NCBI GenBank assembly: GCA_036258195.1
Contig: DATAED010000076.1
Location: 9,981 to 73,980, forward strand
Direction: 5' to 3'
DNA: 64,000 nt
From: Ktedonobacterales bacterium
GTDB taxonomy: Bacteria; Chloroflexota; Ktedonobacteria; Ktedonobacterales; JADMIN01
A model generated the notes under the pieces. That model ran no database searches and was not told the origin of the DNA. It saw nothing but the letters and a program-made list of their open reading frames with translations. Shown here one piece after another: positions 54,430 to 63,302 of the stretch. Position 1 is the stretch's first letter. The number at the start of each line of letters is the position of its first letter. Both the position numbers and the translations under genes were made by a program.

Positions 54430-54705
54430 CTACTTCATTAGGTCCTTCCAGCTCGATTCCTGCATATCGACATGGAAGTGGCGCGCCGCCTTCTCGATAT
54501 TCGCGAAGGCTTGCGCGCGGTCGGCGTCCGAGACGCCCTCGACCTGATTGAATCGCGCCAGCGCGTTGCGCACGTGTTTGGCGTCAGTCAGCGGCTCTTT
54601 GCGCTGCTTCGGGAAGGCATAGGCCGAGGTGGGCAAGTCGTCGCGCTTCTCCGTGGTCAGGTCGGCATGCGTCTCGATCGGTTTCCAGGTAGCATTCGTA
54701 CTCAT
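54430..54705 (-). CDS. DUF6582-like small protein
   Basis: I moved the start to the ATG at 54705, 8 nt after AAAGGAG: MSTNATWKPIETHADLTTEKRDDLPTSAYAFPKQRKEPLTDAKHVRNALARFNQVEGVSDADR. The family call is from memory. Confidence 0.55.
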   Translation of the reverse strand: MSTNATWKPIETHADLTTEKRDDLPTSAYAFPKQRKEPLTDAKHVRNALARFNQVEGVSDADRAQAFANIEKAARHFHVDMQESSWKDLMK

Positions 54706-54758
54706 CGGTGTGACTCCTTTCACCTGCGATGAGCCTCCGCGACTTCCATGCCACTCCG

Positions 54759-54802
54759 CTTCCCCCTCGCCCTGTGGGAGAGGGGGCTAGGAGGTGAGGT
54801 CG
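54759..54802 (+). repeat. Family-A GC-rich hairpin repeat overlapping the 3' end of mtnP
   Basis: In CTTCCCCCTCGCCCTGTGGGAGAGGGGGCTAGGAGGTGAGGTCG, the mtnP stop (CTA at 54787-54789 on the plus strand) and its last five codons (DDLTS) lie inside the repeat tail. Confidence 0.65.
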
Positions 54803-55668
54803 TCTAGCAGCAGTGCGTAGCGTGCGCGCAGCTCCGGCGTGATCCGCTCGTGCGCCGTCATTACCGCGTTGGCCAGCGCCGTTGCGCAGCCGCACGTGGC
54901 GCCGCTGCGGTCAGCGGGCAGCGTCCGCGCCAGCTCGCGGATGATGCGCTGGGCGTTGGCGATGTTGCGCGTGAGGTTGGCCACTACCATCTCGACCGTA
55001 ACCGGCTGCTCGCTCTTATGCCAGACATCGTAATCCGTCACGCAGGCGATGGTCGCGTAGCACAGCCCGGCCTCGCGCGCCAGCTTCGCCTCTGGCAGCG
55101 CCGTCATGCCGATGATGTCGCAGTCCCACTGGCGATACAGCCGCGACTCCGCCCGGGTCGAGAACTGCGGCCCTTCGATGCAGACGTACGTCCCGCCATG
55201 GTGAAATGCGATGTCGCCCTGCGCCGCCATGCTCGCCGCCAGATGGGCGCTCAGATCGGGGCAGAAGGGATCGGCGAACCCGATGTGCGCCACCACGCCA
55301 TCGGCGAAGAAGCTGGCCGGGCGCGCCTTGGTGCGGTCGATGAGCTGGTCGGGAATGACGAGGTCGAGCGGCGCGTAGTCCTCGCGCAGGCTGCCCACCG
55401 CGCTCACCGAGATGACACGCTCCACGCCGAGGCTCTTGAGCGCGTAGACGTTGGCGCGCGAGGGTACCTCCGATGGACTGAGCCGATGACCGCGCCCATG
55501 CCGCGGCAGAAACGCCACCGTCGCGCCCTCCAGCTCGCCGATGGTCAGCGCATCGCTGGGCGCCCCAAATGGCGTGCTGATCTCCACCTGCTCGACATCC
55601 GCCAGACCAGGCATGTCGTACAGTCCACTGCCGCCGATGATCCCCAGCCGCGCGTGTCGCGCCATCAT
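54787..55668 (-). CDS. mtnP: S-methyl-5'-thioadenosine phosphorylase
   Basis: LGIIGGSGLYDM, FLPRHGRGH, SAVGSL and GMTALPEAKLAREA are MTAP/PNP-family motifs. GAAGGAGC precedes the ATGATG start. Confidence 0.88.
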   Translation of the reverse strand: MMARHARLGIIGGSGLYDMPGLADVEQVEISTPFGAPSDALTIGELEGATVAFLPRHGRGHRLSPSEVPSRANVYALKSLGVERVISVSAVGSLREDYAPLDLVIPDQLIDRTKARPASFFADGVVAHIGFADPFCPDLSAHLAASMAAQGDIAFHHGGTYVCIEGPQFSTRAESRLYRQWDCDIIGMTALPEAKLAREAGLCYATIACVTDYDVWHKSEQPVTVEMVVANLTRNIANAQRIIRELARTLPADRSGATCGCATALANAVMTAHERITPELRARYALLLDDLTS

Positions 55669-55714
55669 GCCGCCTGCTCCTTCGCTGGCGTGACCCTGGC
55701 CGCTGTACGCCGCG

Positions 55715-57169
55715 TCACTGGCCCGACACGCGGCTCTCGCTCATCGCCTGGCTGCCTGGCCGCACGACGAATCGCACCTGCACGATCTGGTCGCCGCCAT
55801 TGGTGCGCACCGCGATATGGCAGACATAGGGGCCAAGCGCCAGGCCCGTCGCGTCGATGCGCACGGTCAGAGGTGATGAGCCTTCGGTGAATTTCTGTGG
55901 CTCGACGGTCATCGCTGGAATGTTTGTCTCTATGCGCCCACTCAGCACGCCACCACCGCGATTGGCGATTTCGAGCTGCTGGGTCGCCGTCTGGTTGACG
56001 AGAATATAGCCAGCATCCATGCGCAGTGGCCACACATACAGGCGTGGCGGCAGAGCAGGCATGCCCGTGCGCCGCTGGCCTACCGGCGGTGGCGTCGGCT
56101 GGGTATGGTAGGGCGAGCGAATGCTGTGCGCGCTGCTGGAGGCGCTGGCAGGCGCTCCCGTCGGATGCATGCCACTGCCTGAGGGCCCGCCCGTGTGCGC
56201 GCCGCGCGCCATAGCGCCCACGCGCGACTGCGACTGTTTGCGCGCCCACTCCAGCGCCTCGCGCATCTCCTGCGCGTTGCGGAAGCGATCCTGCGGTTGC
56301 AGGTTGAGCGCCTTCAGGATAACCCGCTCGACGACCTCAGGTGTGCGCGGATTCACCTCGCGGATCGACTTCAGATTGTGGCCCGCCATGCGCAGCGGCG
56401 CCGCCTCCGGCACGCGACCCGTCAGCAGGTGATAGAGTGAGGCGCCAAGCGCATAGATGTCGGAGCGTGGCTCCGAGCGCGAGCTATATTGCTCCAGCGG
56501 CGCGTAGCCGTCTGTGCCGAGTTGCATGGTATCGGTCATGCGCGCGGGAATCAGCCAGCGGGCGATACCAAAGTCAATCAGCTTGATGTTCCCATCGGGC
56601 ATCAGCATCACGTTCGCGGGCTTCAGGTCGCGATAGATGATCGGTGGGGTGCGCGAGTGCAGGTAGGTGAGGGTGTCAGCCAGCGCCATGCCCCAGGTGG
56701 TCACCTCTTCCCAGTCCAGCGCCTCGCGACGATACTGCACCAGCTCATCTTCGAGGTTGTGGCCCGGCACATACTCCATGACGAGATAGTATTTGTTCCC
56801 TTCCATCAGCAGGTCATAGACGCGCGCGAGGGCGGGGTGATCGAGCGATTGGAGCATGCGCGACTCGCGGAAAAAGTCGTTGATGGCCTGCTGCAGCTTC
56901 TCAGGCTCGATCTGCGACTCGCTCATCTCCTTGATGGCGCGCTCGGCGTCGTTCTGGAAGCTGTCGTGCGCCAGATAGACGGCGCTCTGGCCACCCTGCG
57001 CGATCTTGCGGATGATGGCGTAGCGCTTGGCCAGCATGTGCAGCGACGGGAGCAGGCCGGTCGACATGCGGGGGCGCGCTGAGGCGAGCGACGAGCCGCA
57101 TGCGGGGCAGAAGCGCGCCCCTCCGGGAGCCTCTGCCCCGCATTTGGCGCAGTGAACCCTGGCCTCCAT
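55715..57169 (-). CDS. Hanks-type Ser/Thr protein kinase with an N-terminal zinc ribbon and a C-terminal Ig-like domain; no TM segment
   Basis: The N-terminal zinc ribbon is CAKCGAEAPGGARFCPACG. Kinase motifs are GGQSAVYLA...AIKE, YRDLKPANVM, DFGIA and APLE. A Pro/Ser-rich linker leads to a ~130-aa beta-rich C-terminal domain. Confidence 0.85.
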   Translation of the reverse strand: MEARVHCAKCGAEAPGGARFCPACGSSLASARPRMSTGLLPSLHMLAKRYAIIRKIAQGGQSAVYLAHDSFQNDAERAIKEMSESQIEPEKLQQAINDFFRESRMLQSLDHPALARVYDLLMEGNKYYLVMEYVPGHNLEDELVQYRREALDWEEVTTWGMALADTLTYLHSRTPPIIYRDLKPANVMLMPDGNIKLIDFGIARWLIPARMTDTMQLGTDGYAPLEQYSSRSEPRSDIYALGASLYHLLTGRVPEAAPLRMAGHNLKSIREVNPRTPEVVERVILKALNLQPQDRFRNAQEMREALEWARKQSQSRVGAMARGAHTGGPSGSGMHPTGAPASASSSAHSIRSPYHTQPTPPPVGQRRTGMPALPPRLYVWPLRMDAGYILVNQTATQQLEIANRGGGVLSGRIETNIPAMTVEPQKFTEGSSPLTVRIDATGLALGPYVCHIAVRTNGGDQIVQVRFVVRPGSQAMSESRVSGQ

Positions 57170-57303
57170 GTACCCACTCCCACCTGTTGCGAGGACAACT
57201 CCGTACGGCTGGTTTCAGCCCACGTCGTGCCGCCATTGTAACATAGGTAGATCGCCGCCACACATCACACTAGGAGATGTGTCAACCATCCCGGCAGTTG
57301 GCG

Positions 57304-58461
57304 TTACTGCTGAGCTTCGGATGCTGATTTCAAGCGGGTCTCGCGGGTGCGGAGCTGCCCGCAGGCGGCGGCGATGTCATCGCCCCGCTCCGCGCGGACA
57401 CTGCTCGTCACACCTCCAGCGCGCAGCGTCTCGCGGAATGCGCGGATGCGCTCCCCGCTGGGCGGCTGATAGCCCGCCGCCGTCTGGTTGACGGGAATGA
57501 GATTGACATGCCCGAGCTGCTTGAGCGGCGCGAGCAACTGCGCTAGCTCGCGCGCATGCTCGTCGGCGTCGTTCACACCGGAGAGCAGCACGTATTCAAA
57601 TGTCACCTGCCGCCCCGTTCGATCAGCGTAGGCGCGCACCGCCTCCAGCACCTGCTCGATCGGATATTTGCGCGTGACGGGCATTGTGCGCAGCCGCATG
57701 GCGTTGTTCGGCGCGTGCAGCGAGATGGCCAGGTTGACCTGCAGCGGCTCCTCGGCCAGCCGCAAAATGCCCGGTACCAGTCCCACCGTGGAGACCGTCA
57801 TGTGACGCGCTCCAATGCGCAACCCCTCTGGCATATTCAGGATGCGCAGCGCTTTGAGCGTATTGTCGTAGTTGTGTAGCGGCTCGCCCATCCCCATGAA
57901 GACCAGATTGGTGACGTGATCGATCAGTTGGCCGTCGGGCGCGAACCAGGGACGCTCGCGTAGCTCGCGGGCGAAATACAGTACCTGCGCCACGATCTCG
58001 CCAGCGGTCAGATGCCGCTCGAAGCCCATCTGTCCGGTGGCGCAGAACGTGCACCCGTAGGCGCAGCCAGCCTGCGTCGAGACGCACACCGTCGCCCGCG
58101 CGCGCCCTTCCGGGCTGGCGGGATATAGCATCAGCACCGTCTCGATCAGCCGCCCATCGCGCAGCGCCAGCAGCAGCTTGCGTGTGCGGCCATCCTTCGA
58201 GGCCACCAGCGCGCGAGTCTGCGGGCTGGCGATGGTCGCGGTCTCCGCCAACTGCTCGCGCAGCGCAGCAGGTAGCGCGCTCATCTGCTCAAAGCTGGGC
58301 GTCAACTGGTGGTATATGGCGTCGGCAAGCTGACGGCTTCGATAGGCTGGCTCACCGGCGTCCATGAGCCACGCGCGCAGCTCATCGAACGTGAAGCCAA
58401 GCAGGTCGACGCGCGCTTCAGTCGCCGCGACAGTGCTGAGGAGGGCATCGGTGGTGGTCAT
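57304..58461 (-). CDS. rlmN: 23S rRNA/tRNA adenine-C2 methyltransferase RlmN (radical SAM)
   Basis: YRSRQL, CVSTQAGCAYGCTFCATG (CxxxCxxC), GMGEPL and the C-terminal AACGQL are present. Confidence 0.9.
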   Translation of the reverse strand: MTTTDALLSTVAATEARVDLLGFTFDELRAWLMDAGEPAYRSRQLADAIYHQLTPSFEQMSALPAALREQLAETATIASPQTRALVASKDGRTRKLLLALRDGRLIETVLMLYPASPEGRARATVCVSTQAGCAYGCTFCATGQMGFERHLTAGEIVAQVLYFARELRERPWFAPDGQLIDHVTNLVFMGMGEPLHNYDNTLKALRILNMPEGLRIGARHMTVSTVGLVPGILRLAEEPLQVNLAISLHAPNNAMRLRTMPVTRKYPIEQVLEAVRAYADRTGRQVTFEYVLLSGVNDADEHARELAQLLAPLKQLGHVNLIPVNQTAAGYQPPSGERIRAFRETLRAGGVTSSVRAERGDDIAAACGQLRTRETRLKSASEAQQ

Positions 58462-58504
58462 AGTCGCTTTCGAATGGCTCGATTCAGTTCACCGCGTATA
58501 GATG

Positions 58505-59515
58505 TTACTCGCCCAGCGTCGCATGAGCCAGCGCTGGATACCCGCGCAGCGCGTCGGCGCTGGGTACGGGGCGTTTGCCCTCCAATTGTATCACCTTCAG
58601 CGCCAGCGCCCCCTCGCCGCAGGCACATGCCAGCGCGCCGCGCGTGTCGCCCGCCGCCAGAGGATAGCACGTCCCCGCCGCCAGCTCCTGCTCGCGCGCG
58701 ATGGGTTCAGCCGCGTGGATCTTCAGCAGCTTGCCCTGCCAGGTGGTGAAAGCGCCCGGCCACGGCGTCATGGAGCGTATCTGGCGCGCCAACTCCACCG
58801 CCGGTCGCTGAAAATCGAGGCGTCCATCTTCTTTGCGCAGGGGGCGCGTCATCGTCGCCTCCGCCTCGTCCTGCGGGGTGGGCGTGATGCCGCCGCCCAG
58901 CCAGTTGGGCAGCGTCTCCAGCAGCAGCTCAGCGGCCAGGCGCGCCAGCCGAGCGGTCAATCCGCCCGTGGTTTCGCCGTCGCCGATCAGGGTAGCGCGC
59001 GCGGAGACAATGGCGCCGGTGTCCAGCCCCTCCTCCATGCGCATGATGGTGATACCCGTCTCGGCGTCGCCCGCGCGGATGGCGGCGGCAATGGGCGCGG
59101 CGCCTCGCCAGCGCGGCAGCAGCGACGCATGCGCGTTCAGGCAGCCGTGCGCAGGCATCTCCAGCACCTCGCGCGGCAGGATCTGTCCAAAGGCGGCGAC
59201 GATGATCAGGTCAGGCTCCAACTCGCGCAGCGTCCCTTGCGTGTCTGGCCAGCGCAGCGAGCGCATCTGCAAGACGGGCAGGCCCACCTGCATCGCATAC
59301 TGCTTGACGGGGCTGTAGACCGTCTGGAGTCCGCGACCCACGGGCTTATCGGGTCGTGTCACCACGCCCACCAGCTCCAGGCCAGCGGGCCAGACATCGC
59401 GTACCTGGGCGTTCTCCACCAGCGCCTGCAATGTCGGAACTGCGAAATCCGGCGTGCCCATGAACACGATCCGCACAGGCTGATCGACTGGATGCGACTG
59501 CTCAACCATGGCCAT
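58505..59515 (-). CDS. fmt: Methionyl-tRNA formyltransferase
   Basis: RIVFMGTPDFAVP, NAHASLLPRWRGAAPI and the C-terminal tRNA-binding domain are present. rlmN starts 43 nt after its stop. Confidence 0.9.
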   Translation of the reverse strand: MAMVEQSHPVDQPVRIVFMGTPDFAVPTLQALVENAQVRDVWPAGLELVGVVTRPDKPVGRGLQTVYSPVKQYAMQVGLPVLQMRSLRWPDTQGTLRELEPDLIIVAAFGQILPREVLEMPAHGCLNAHASLLPRWRGAAPIAAAIRAGDAETGITIMRMEEGLDTGAIVSARATLIGDGETTGGLTARLARLAAELLLETLPNWLGGGITPTPQDEAEATMTRPLRKEDGRLDFQRPAVELARQIRSMTPWPGAFTTWQGKLLKIHAAEPIAREQELAAGTCYPLAAGDTRGALACACGEGALALKVIQLEGKRPVPSADALRGYPALAHATLGE

Positions 59516-59604
59516 CTCCCTGAGCGCGATATGAGCGCGCCCTGCTCCATTGTATACTTTCAGCGCTCTCTCGAGGACGTCGCGCCAACGCAGGAGAAAG
59601 CCGT

Positions 59605-60099
59605 ATGGACGCCTCTACAGCTTTGGATAGCCACGGCGGGCGCCTGCTCGCGCTGGCGCGTCAGGCCGCCGAACAGGCGTACGCGCCCTATTCGCGCTTC
59701 CGGGTGGGCGCGGCTGTGGCGGTCGTGACGTCGTCTGGCCTGCGAGTCGTGACGGGAGCCAATGTCGAGAACGCCTCCTATGGCCTCGCGCTGTGCGCGG
59801 AGCGCGCCGCCCTGGCCGCCGCCTGCGCCCTGCCCGACGCCACCCGACCGACCGAAGCGGCGCCGCGCGTCGGCAGCCATCCGGACATCACACACGTCGC
59901 GCTGGCGTGCATTGACGCGCCCGCCGACGCCCCGCCCGCCAGCCGCATGCCCTGTGGCGCCTGCCGTCAGTGGTTCGCAGAACTGGCGCCGCACGCCACG
60001 TTCTACATCGACGGCATGGCAGGCCCGTTCACGCTGGCCGATCTCCTGCCGCAGCCGTTCCAATTGGGCTCGTCTGGGCCAGCCGAGAGCGAACAGTAG
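59605..60099 (+). CDS. cdd: Cytidine deaminase (with an internal insertion)
   Basis: The zinc/catalytic motifs are APYSRFRVGAA, CAERAAL and PCGACRQWF. A ~25-aa Ala/Pro-rich insertion separates the motifs. Confidence 0.8.
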   Translation: MDASTALDSHGGRLLALARQAAEQAYAPYSRFRVGAAVAVVTSSGLRVVTGANVENASYGLALCAERAALAAACALPDATRPTEAAPRVGSHPDITHVALACIDAPADAPPASRMPCGACRQWFAELAPHATFYIDGMAGPFTLADLLPQPFQLGSSGPAESEQ

Positions 60100-60309
60100 C
60101 CCATCTGGGGGGCAGGTGATACCGTGCGGGCAGCCCAGTTTTACCCGGTGGAATCGTGGGAATCATCTGGATTGGGCCAGCAAACGGCTGCGCCGTGAGA
60201 GACGCGCGCATTTCGATCTGGCGCGCTGTCTGTCATACTTGGTGGCGTAGAGAACTCCTCAGCGCGTGAGAGCGCGCTCCAGTCTCGGTAGCGCCACGGA
60301 GGGAGCAGC

Positions 60310-61464
60310 ATGCTGGCGGAAGAACGCAAGACCCCACCGCAAAGGAAGCGTGCACGGAGGCCTTCGCTCGAAGAGCCGCGCCCAACGCGCGTGATCGAAG
60401 CCATGCCTGCCCCCACTGACGAGAGCGACCAGAGCAACCAGCACACCGCGCTTGTTCCCGCCCGGAGGCGCTCGAAAGCCACCACCGCTCGGCCCCTCAA
60501 CCAGCAAGAACGCCACATGATCGAGACGGCGGAGTGGATGGTGAACGCCATGCCCATCCTCGACCGCGAGCCGACCGATCTGGCCGTCGTCGAAGAGTCG
60601 CTACCGCTGACGCCCGTGGATGAGGCCCCCGCTCGCCCGCTGATCGTCGGAGGTGATTCGACCAGCAAGATGGTCGCCATGCGGGTCGGGCCACCGCCAC
60701 GCAAGAAGCGCCACTGGGTGAGCGGCGCCATCATCCTGACGCTGATCGCGGCGGTCGCGCTAACCGCCATCGCCACTGTCACCCCGCTGGCCAGCGGAAA
60801 AACGGAAGGGCTGGCGGTGCATGCCGCTGGCCCGCTGGGCCTGCCTGTCGCGCTCGATGCGGCCAATAAGCCGCCCAGCGGTCAGTGGGTCGCCATGGTT
60901 GGCGCGCAGCCCAATCAGGATGTCGGCGGCGGCGCTGGCCCCGGCGTGCAGGCGCCCGGCAGCGCCGGTCTACCGGTCGCCAGCGTGCATAACGTCGTCA
61001 ACACTGGCGCGCCCTCGCCACAGGCGGCAGGCGCCGTCTCAGCTCCACCACTCTCGCCCTGGCCGCCCACCAACGCCTATGCTGCGGTTCCAGGCTACGG
61101 CGCCTTTGCCATGAGTGATGTCGGCGGCTACTATTATTGGGCGTTTGGTCAGTGCACCTGGTGGGCGCAGTACGAGCGCAAAGACGAGAACCTGATGCAT
61201 ATGGGCAACGCGCAATACTGGGCCGGCGTGGCGGCTTCACGTGGCTACCACGTCAGTGGGACGCCACGGGTGGGCGCGACGGTCGTCTTCCAGCCAGGCG
61301 TGCAGGGCGCAGGCGGCGCCGGACACGTCGCGCACGTCGTCAAGGTCTACCCCGACGGCTGGTTCCTGGTCTCCGAGATGAACTTCTATTGGAACGGCGG
61401 CGGCTGGGGTCGCGTGGATTACCGCTTCGCCCATTCCGGCGGTGGCGTCCAGTTCATCTATTAG
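60310..61464 (+). CDS. Membrane-anchored CHAP-domain protein (putative peptidoglycan amidase/endopeptidase)
   Basis: A basic cytoplasmic N-terminus and a TM helix (AIILTLIAAVALTAIATV) precede the C-terminal CHAP domain: GQCTWWAQ (Cys), GHVAHV (His), VSEMN. GGAGGGAG precedes the ATG. Confidence 0.75.
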   Translation: MLAEERKTPPQRKRARRPSLEEPRPTRVIEAMPAPTDESDQSNQHTALVPARRRSKATTARPLNQQERHMIETAEWMVNAMPILDREPTDLAVVEESLPLTPVDEAPARPLIVGGDSTSKMVAMRVGPPPRKKRHWVSGAIILTLIAAVALTAIATVTPLASGKTEGLAVHAAGPLGLPVALDAANKPPSGQWVAMVGAQPNQDVGGGAGPGVQAPGSAGLPVASVHNVVNTGAPSPQAAGAVSAPPLSPWPPTNAYAAVPGYGAFAMSDVGGYYYWAFGQCTWWAQYERKDENLMHMGNAQYWAGVAASRGYHVSGTPRVGATVVFQPGVQGAGGAGHVAHVVKVYPDGWFLVSEMNFYWNGGGWGRVDYRFAHSGGGVQFIY

Positions 61465-61466
61465 CC

Positions 61467-61565
61467 GCGAACCTCTCCCCCTGTCCCCCTCCCTGGTTCG
61501 GGAACCCTGAACCCGAACCAGGGCTTCGCTGCCACTCGCCCTTCAGGGAGGGGGAACCCAGGCCA
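61467..61565 (-). repeat. Family-B repeat, copy 4 (reverse orientation), with a 52-nt insertion in the hairpin loop
   Basis: GCGAACCTCTCCCCCTGTCCCCCTCCC[52 nt]GGGAGGGGGAACCCAGGCCA. The insert (61494-61545) contributes to a perfect 12-bp hairpin, CCCTGGTTCGGG (61491-61502) / CCCGAACCAGGG (61512-61523). Confidence 0.7.
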
Positions 61566-61577
61566 GAATTCGTGCCG

Positions 61578-62600
61578 CTACTCTGGTTTGCTGACCTGAA
61601 TGGCCAGCTTGCCGTGCGTGCGCCGCGCCTCCATATCCTGCTGGGCGTGCGCCGCCTCCTCCAGCGGATAGACGCCGCCCTGGACGATGCGCAGTTTGCC
61701 GTCAGCCAGCCAGCCGCCCAGCGCCTGCATCGCCTCGGCGATCATCGCGCCAGGCAGTGTGGCCAGCCAGAACCCCTCTACAGCGGCGTTGCGGCGCATC
61801 AGCCGCAGCGTATCGACGACGACTGGCTCGCCACTGGCCCGCCCAAAGACGACCAGCCGACCGAATGCCGCCAGCGCCTTCTCGCTCTGGCTATAGATGT
61901 CGCCGCCCACGGGCTCCAGAATGATGTTGGCGCCCTTGCTATCGGTCAGCGCCATCACGCGCTCCGTCAGGTTTTCGGTGCGATAGTTGATGACCTCGTC
62001 CGCGCCGAGCGAGCGCGCCAGCTCCAGCTTATCTGCCGCGCCCGCCGCTGCGATCACCTTGCCCGCGCCCAGCAGCTTCGCCACTTGAATCGCCAGCACG
62101 CCCACGCCACCGCCAGCCGCATTGACCAGCACGCTCTCGCCTGCCGCCAGACGCGCGGAGGTCTTCAGCAGGTGATAGGCCGTCACGCCTTGCACCGGCA
62201 GCGCCACCAGCTCGGCGTCGGTCGGCCCGGCGGGCGCCGGGGCCAGCAGTCGCGCCGACACCGCCAGATACTCCGCATAGGCGCCGCCCGGGCAGACACC
62301 CAGCACGCGCGCGCCCACACGCAGCCAGCCACTCTCTGGTGTGTCCGGGCCAAGCTGGACGACCGTTCCCGCCACCTCCAGGCCAGGAATGTAGGGGAAC
62401 GTCGTGGCTTCCAGATAGCGGTTGTGGCGGCGCGCGATGTCGGCGAAATTGACACCCGCCGCGCCGACCTTCACCAGCGCCTCACCTTTGCCCGGCTCTG
62501 GAACCGGCAGATACTCCAGCTTGATGACCTCTGGCCCGCCAGCCTCCTGATAGCGAATCGCCCGCATCGTCGTCGGAATCGAGGGAATCGTCGAGGACAT
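61578..62600 (-). CDS. NADPH:quinone oxidoreductase (MDR/zeta-crystallin family)
   Basis: MRAIRYQEAGGPEVIKL, GVNFADI and NAAGGGVGVLAIQVAK (Rossmann) are present. I moved the start to the ATG at 62600, after GGAAGGAG. Confidence 0.8.
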   Translation of the reverse strand: MSSTIPSIPTTMRAIRYQEAGGPEVIKLEYLPVPEPGKGEALVKVGAAGVNFADIARRHNRYLEATTFPYIPGLEVAGTVVQLGPDTPESGWLRVGARVLGVCPGGAYAEYLAVSARLLAPAPAGPTDAELVALPVQGVTAYHLLKTSARLAAGESVLVNAAGGGVGVLAIQVAKLLGAGKVIAAAGAADKLELARSLGADEVINYRTENLTERVMALTDSKGANIILEPVGGDIYSQSEKALAAFGRLVVFGRASGEPVVVDTLRLMRRNAAVEGFWLATLPGAMIAEAMQALGGWLADGKLRIVQGGVYPLEEAAHAQQDMEARRTHGKLAIQVSKPE

Positions 62601-62723
62601 CGCCTGCTCCTTCCACCTGTGCGCGCTGCTCACAGCGCACGGCGAACGACCAAGGCGCCCGCCTGCCACTCACAGCATACCGCAGCGCGCGACCCAGAGG
62701 GAGGAGATGCGGGGATCGCAGCG

Positions 62724-63302
62724 TCAGCGCGGGAGGCTGAGCGCGCCTGACGCCAGCAGTCGCTCGACCTTCTCGATCGCTACGAGCAGCGCAGGCGTCA
62801 TCGGCATCGTGTCGCGTGCGGCGCGCAACTCGTCCCATGGCATCAGCTCGCCGCCAGCCGTCTCCACCGGATCGAACGTGAATGGCCCATCGCTGTGCGC
62901 CAGATACAGCGCCGTCCACTCGGTCTCTTGCGGGGAGCGCACCAGCGCCGTCCCTAGCGGCGCCAGCTCAGCCGAGATGCCCAGCTCCTCGCCCAACTCG
63001 CGGTGCGCTGTGCGCAGGTAATCATCGCCTGAAATGACGTGGCCAGACGCTGAGGCGCAGTAGTAGCCGGGGAAGAGGTCTTTCGCCATCGAGCGACGCT
63101 GCAGGACGAAGCGCCCTGCGCTCGTGACCACCAGGATCTGCACGCTGCGGTGCAGCAGCGACGGATCGCGATGGGCGTCGCCGCGCCGCACCGTCCCGAT
63201 GACCTCGTCGCGCGCATTCACCAGATCGAAGAGCTCGTCGGGGTTGTCGGTCGTGTGATGAGCGCCATCGCTGGCGGCAGGCGCATGTCCCTGGTCGCTC
63301 AT
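62724..63302 (-). CDS. NUDIX hydrolase
   Basis: The Nudix box is GHVISGDDYLRTAHRELGEELGI. Its ATG overlaps the upstream HAD stop (ATGA at 63299-63302). Confidence 0.8.
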   Translation of the reverse strand: MSDQGHAPAASDGAHHTTDNPDELFDLVNARDEVIGTVRRGDAHRDPSLLHRSVQILVVTSAGRFVLQRRSMAKDLFPGYYCASASGHVISGDDYLRTAHRELGEELGISAELAPLGTALVRSPQETEWTALYLAHSDGPFTFDPVETAGGELMPWDELRAARDTMPMTPALLVAIEKVERLLASGALSLPR

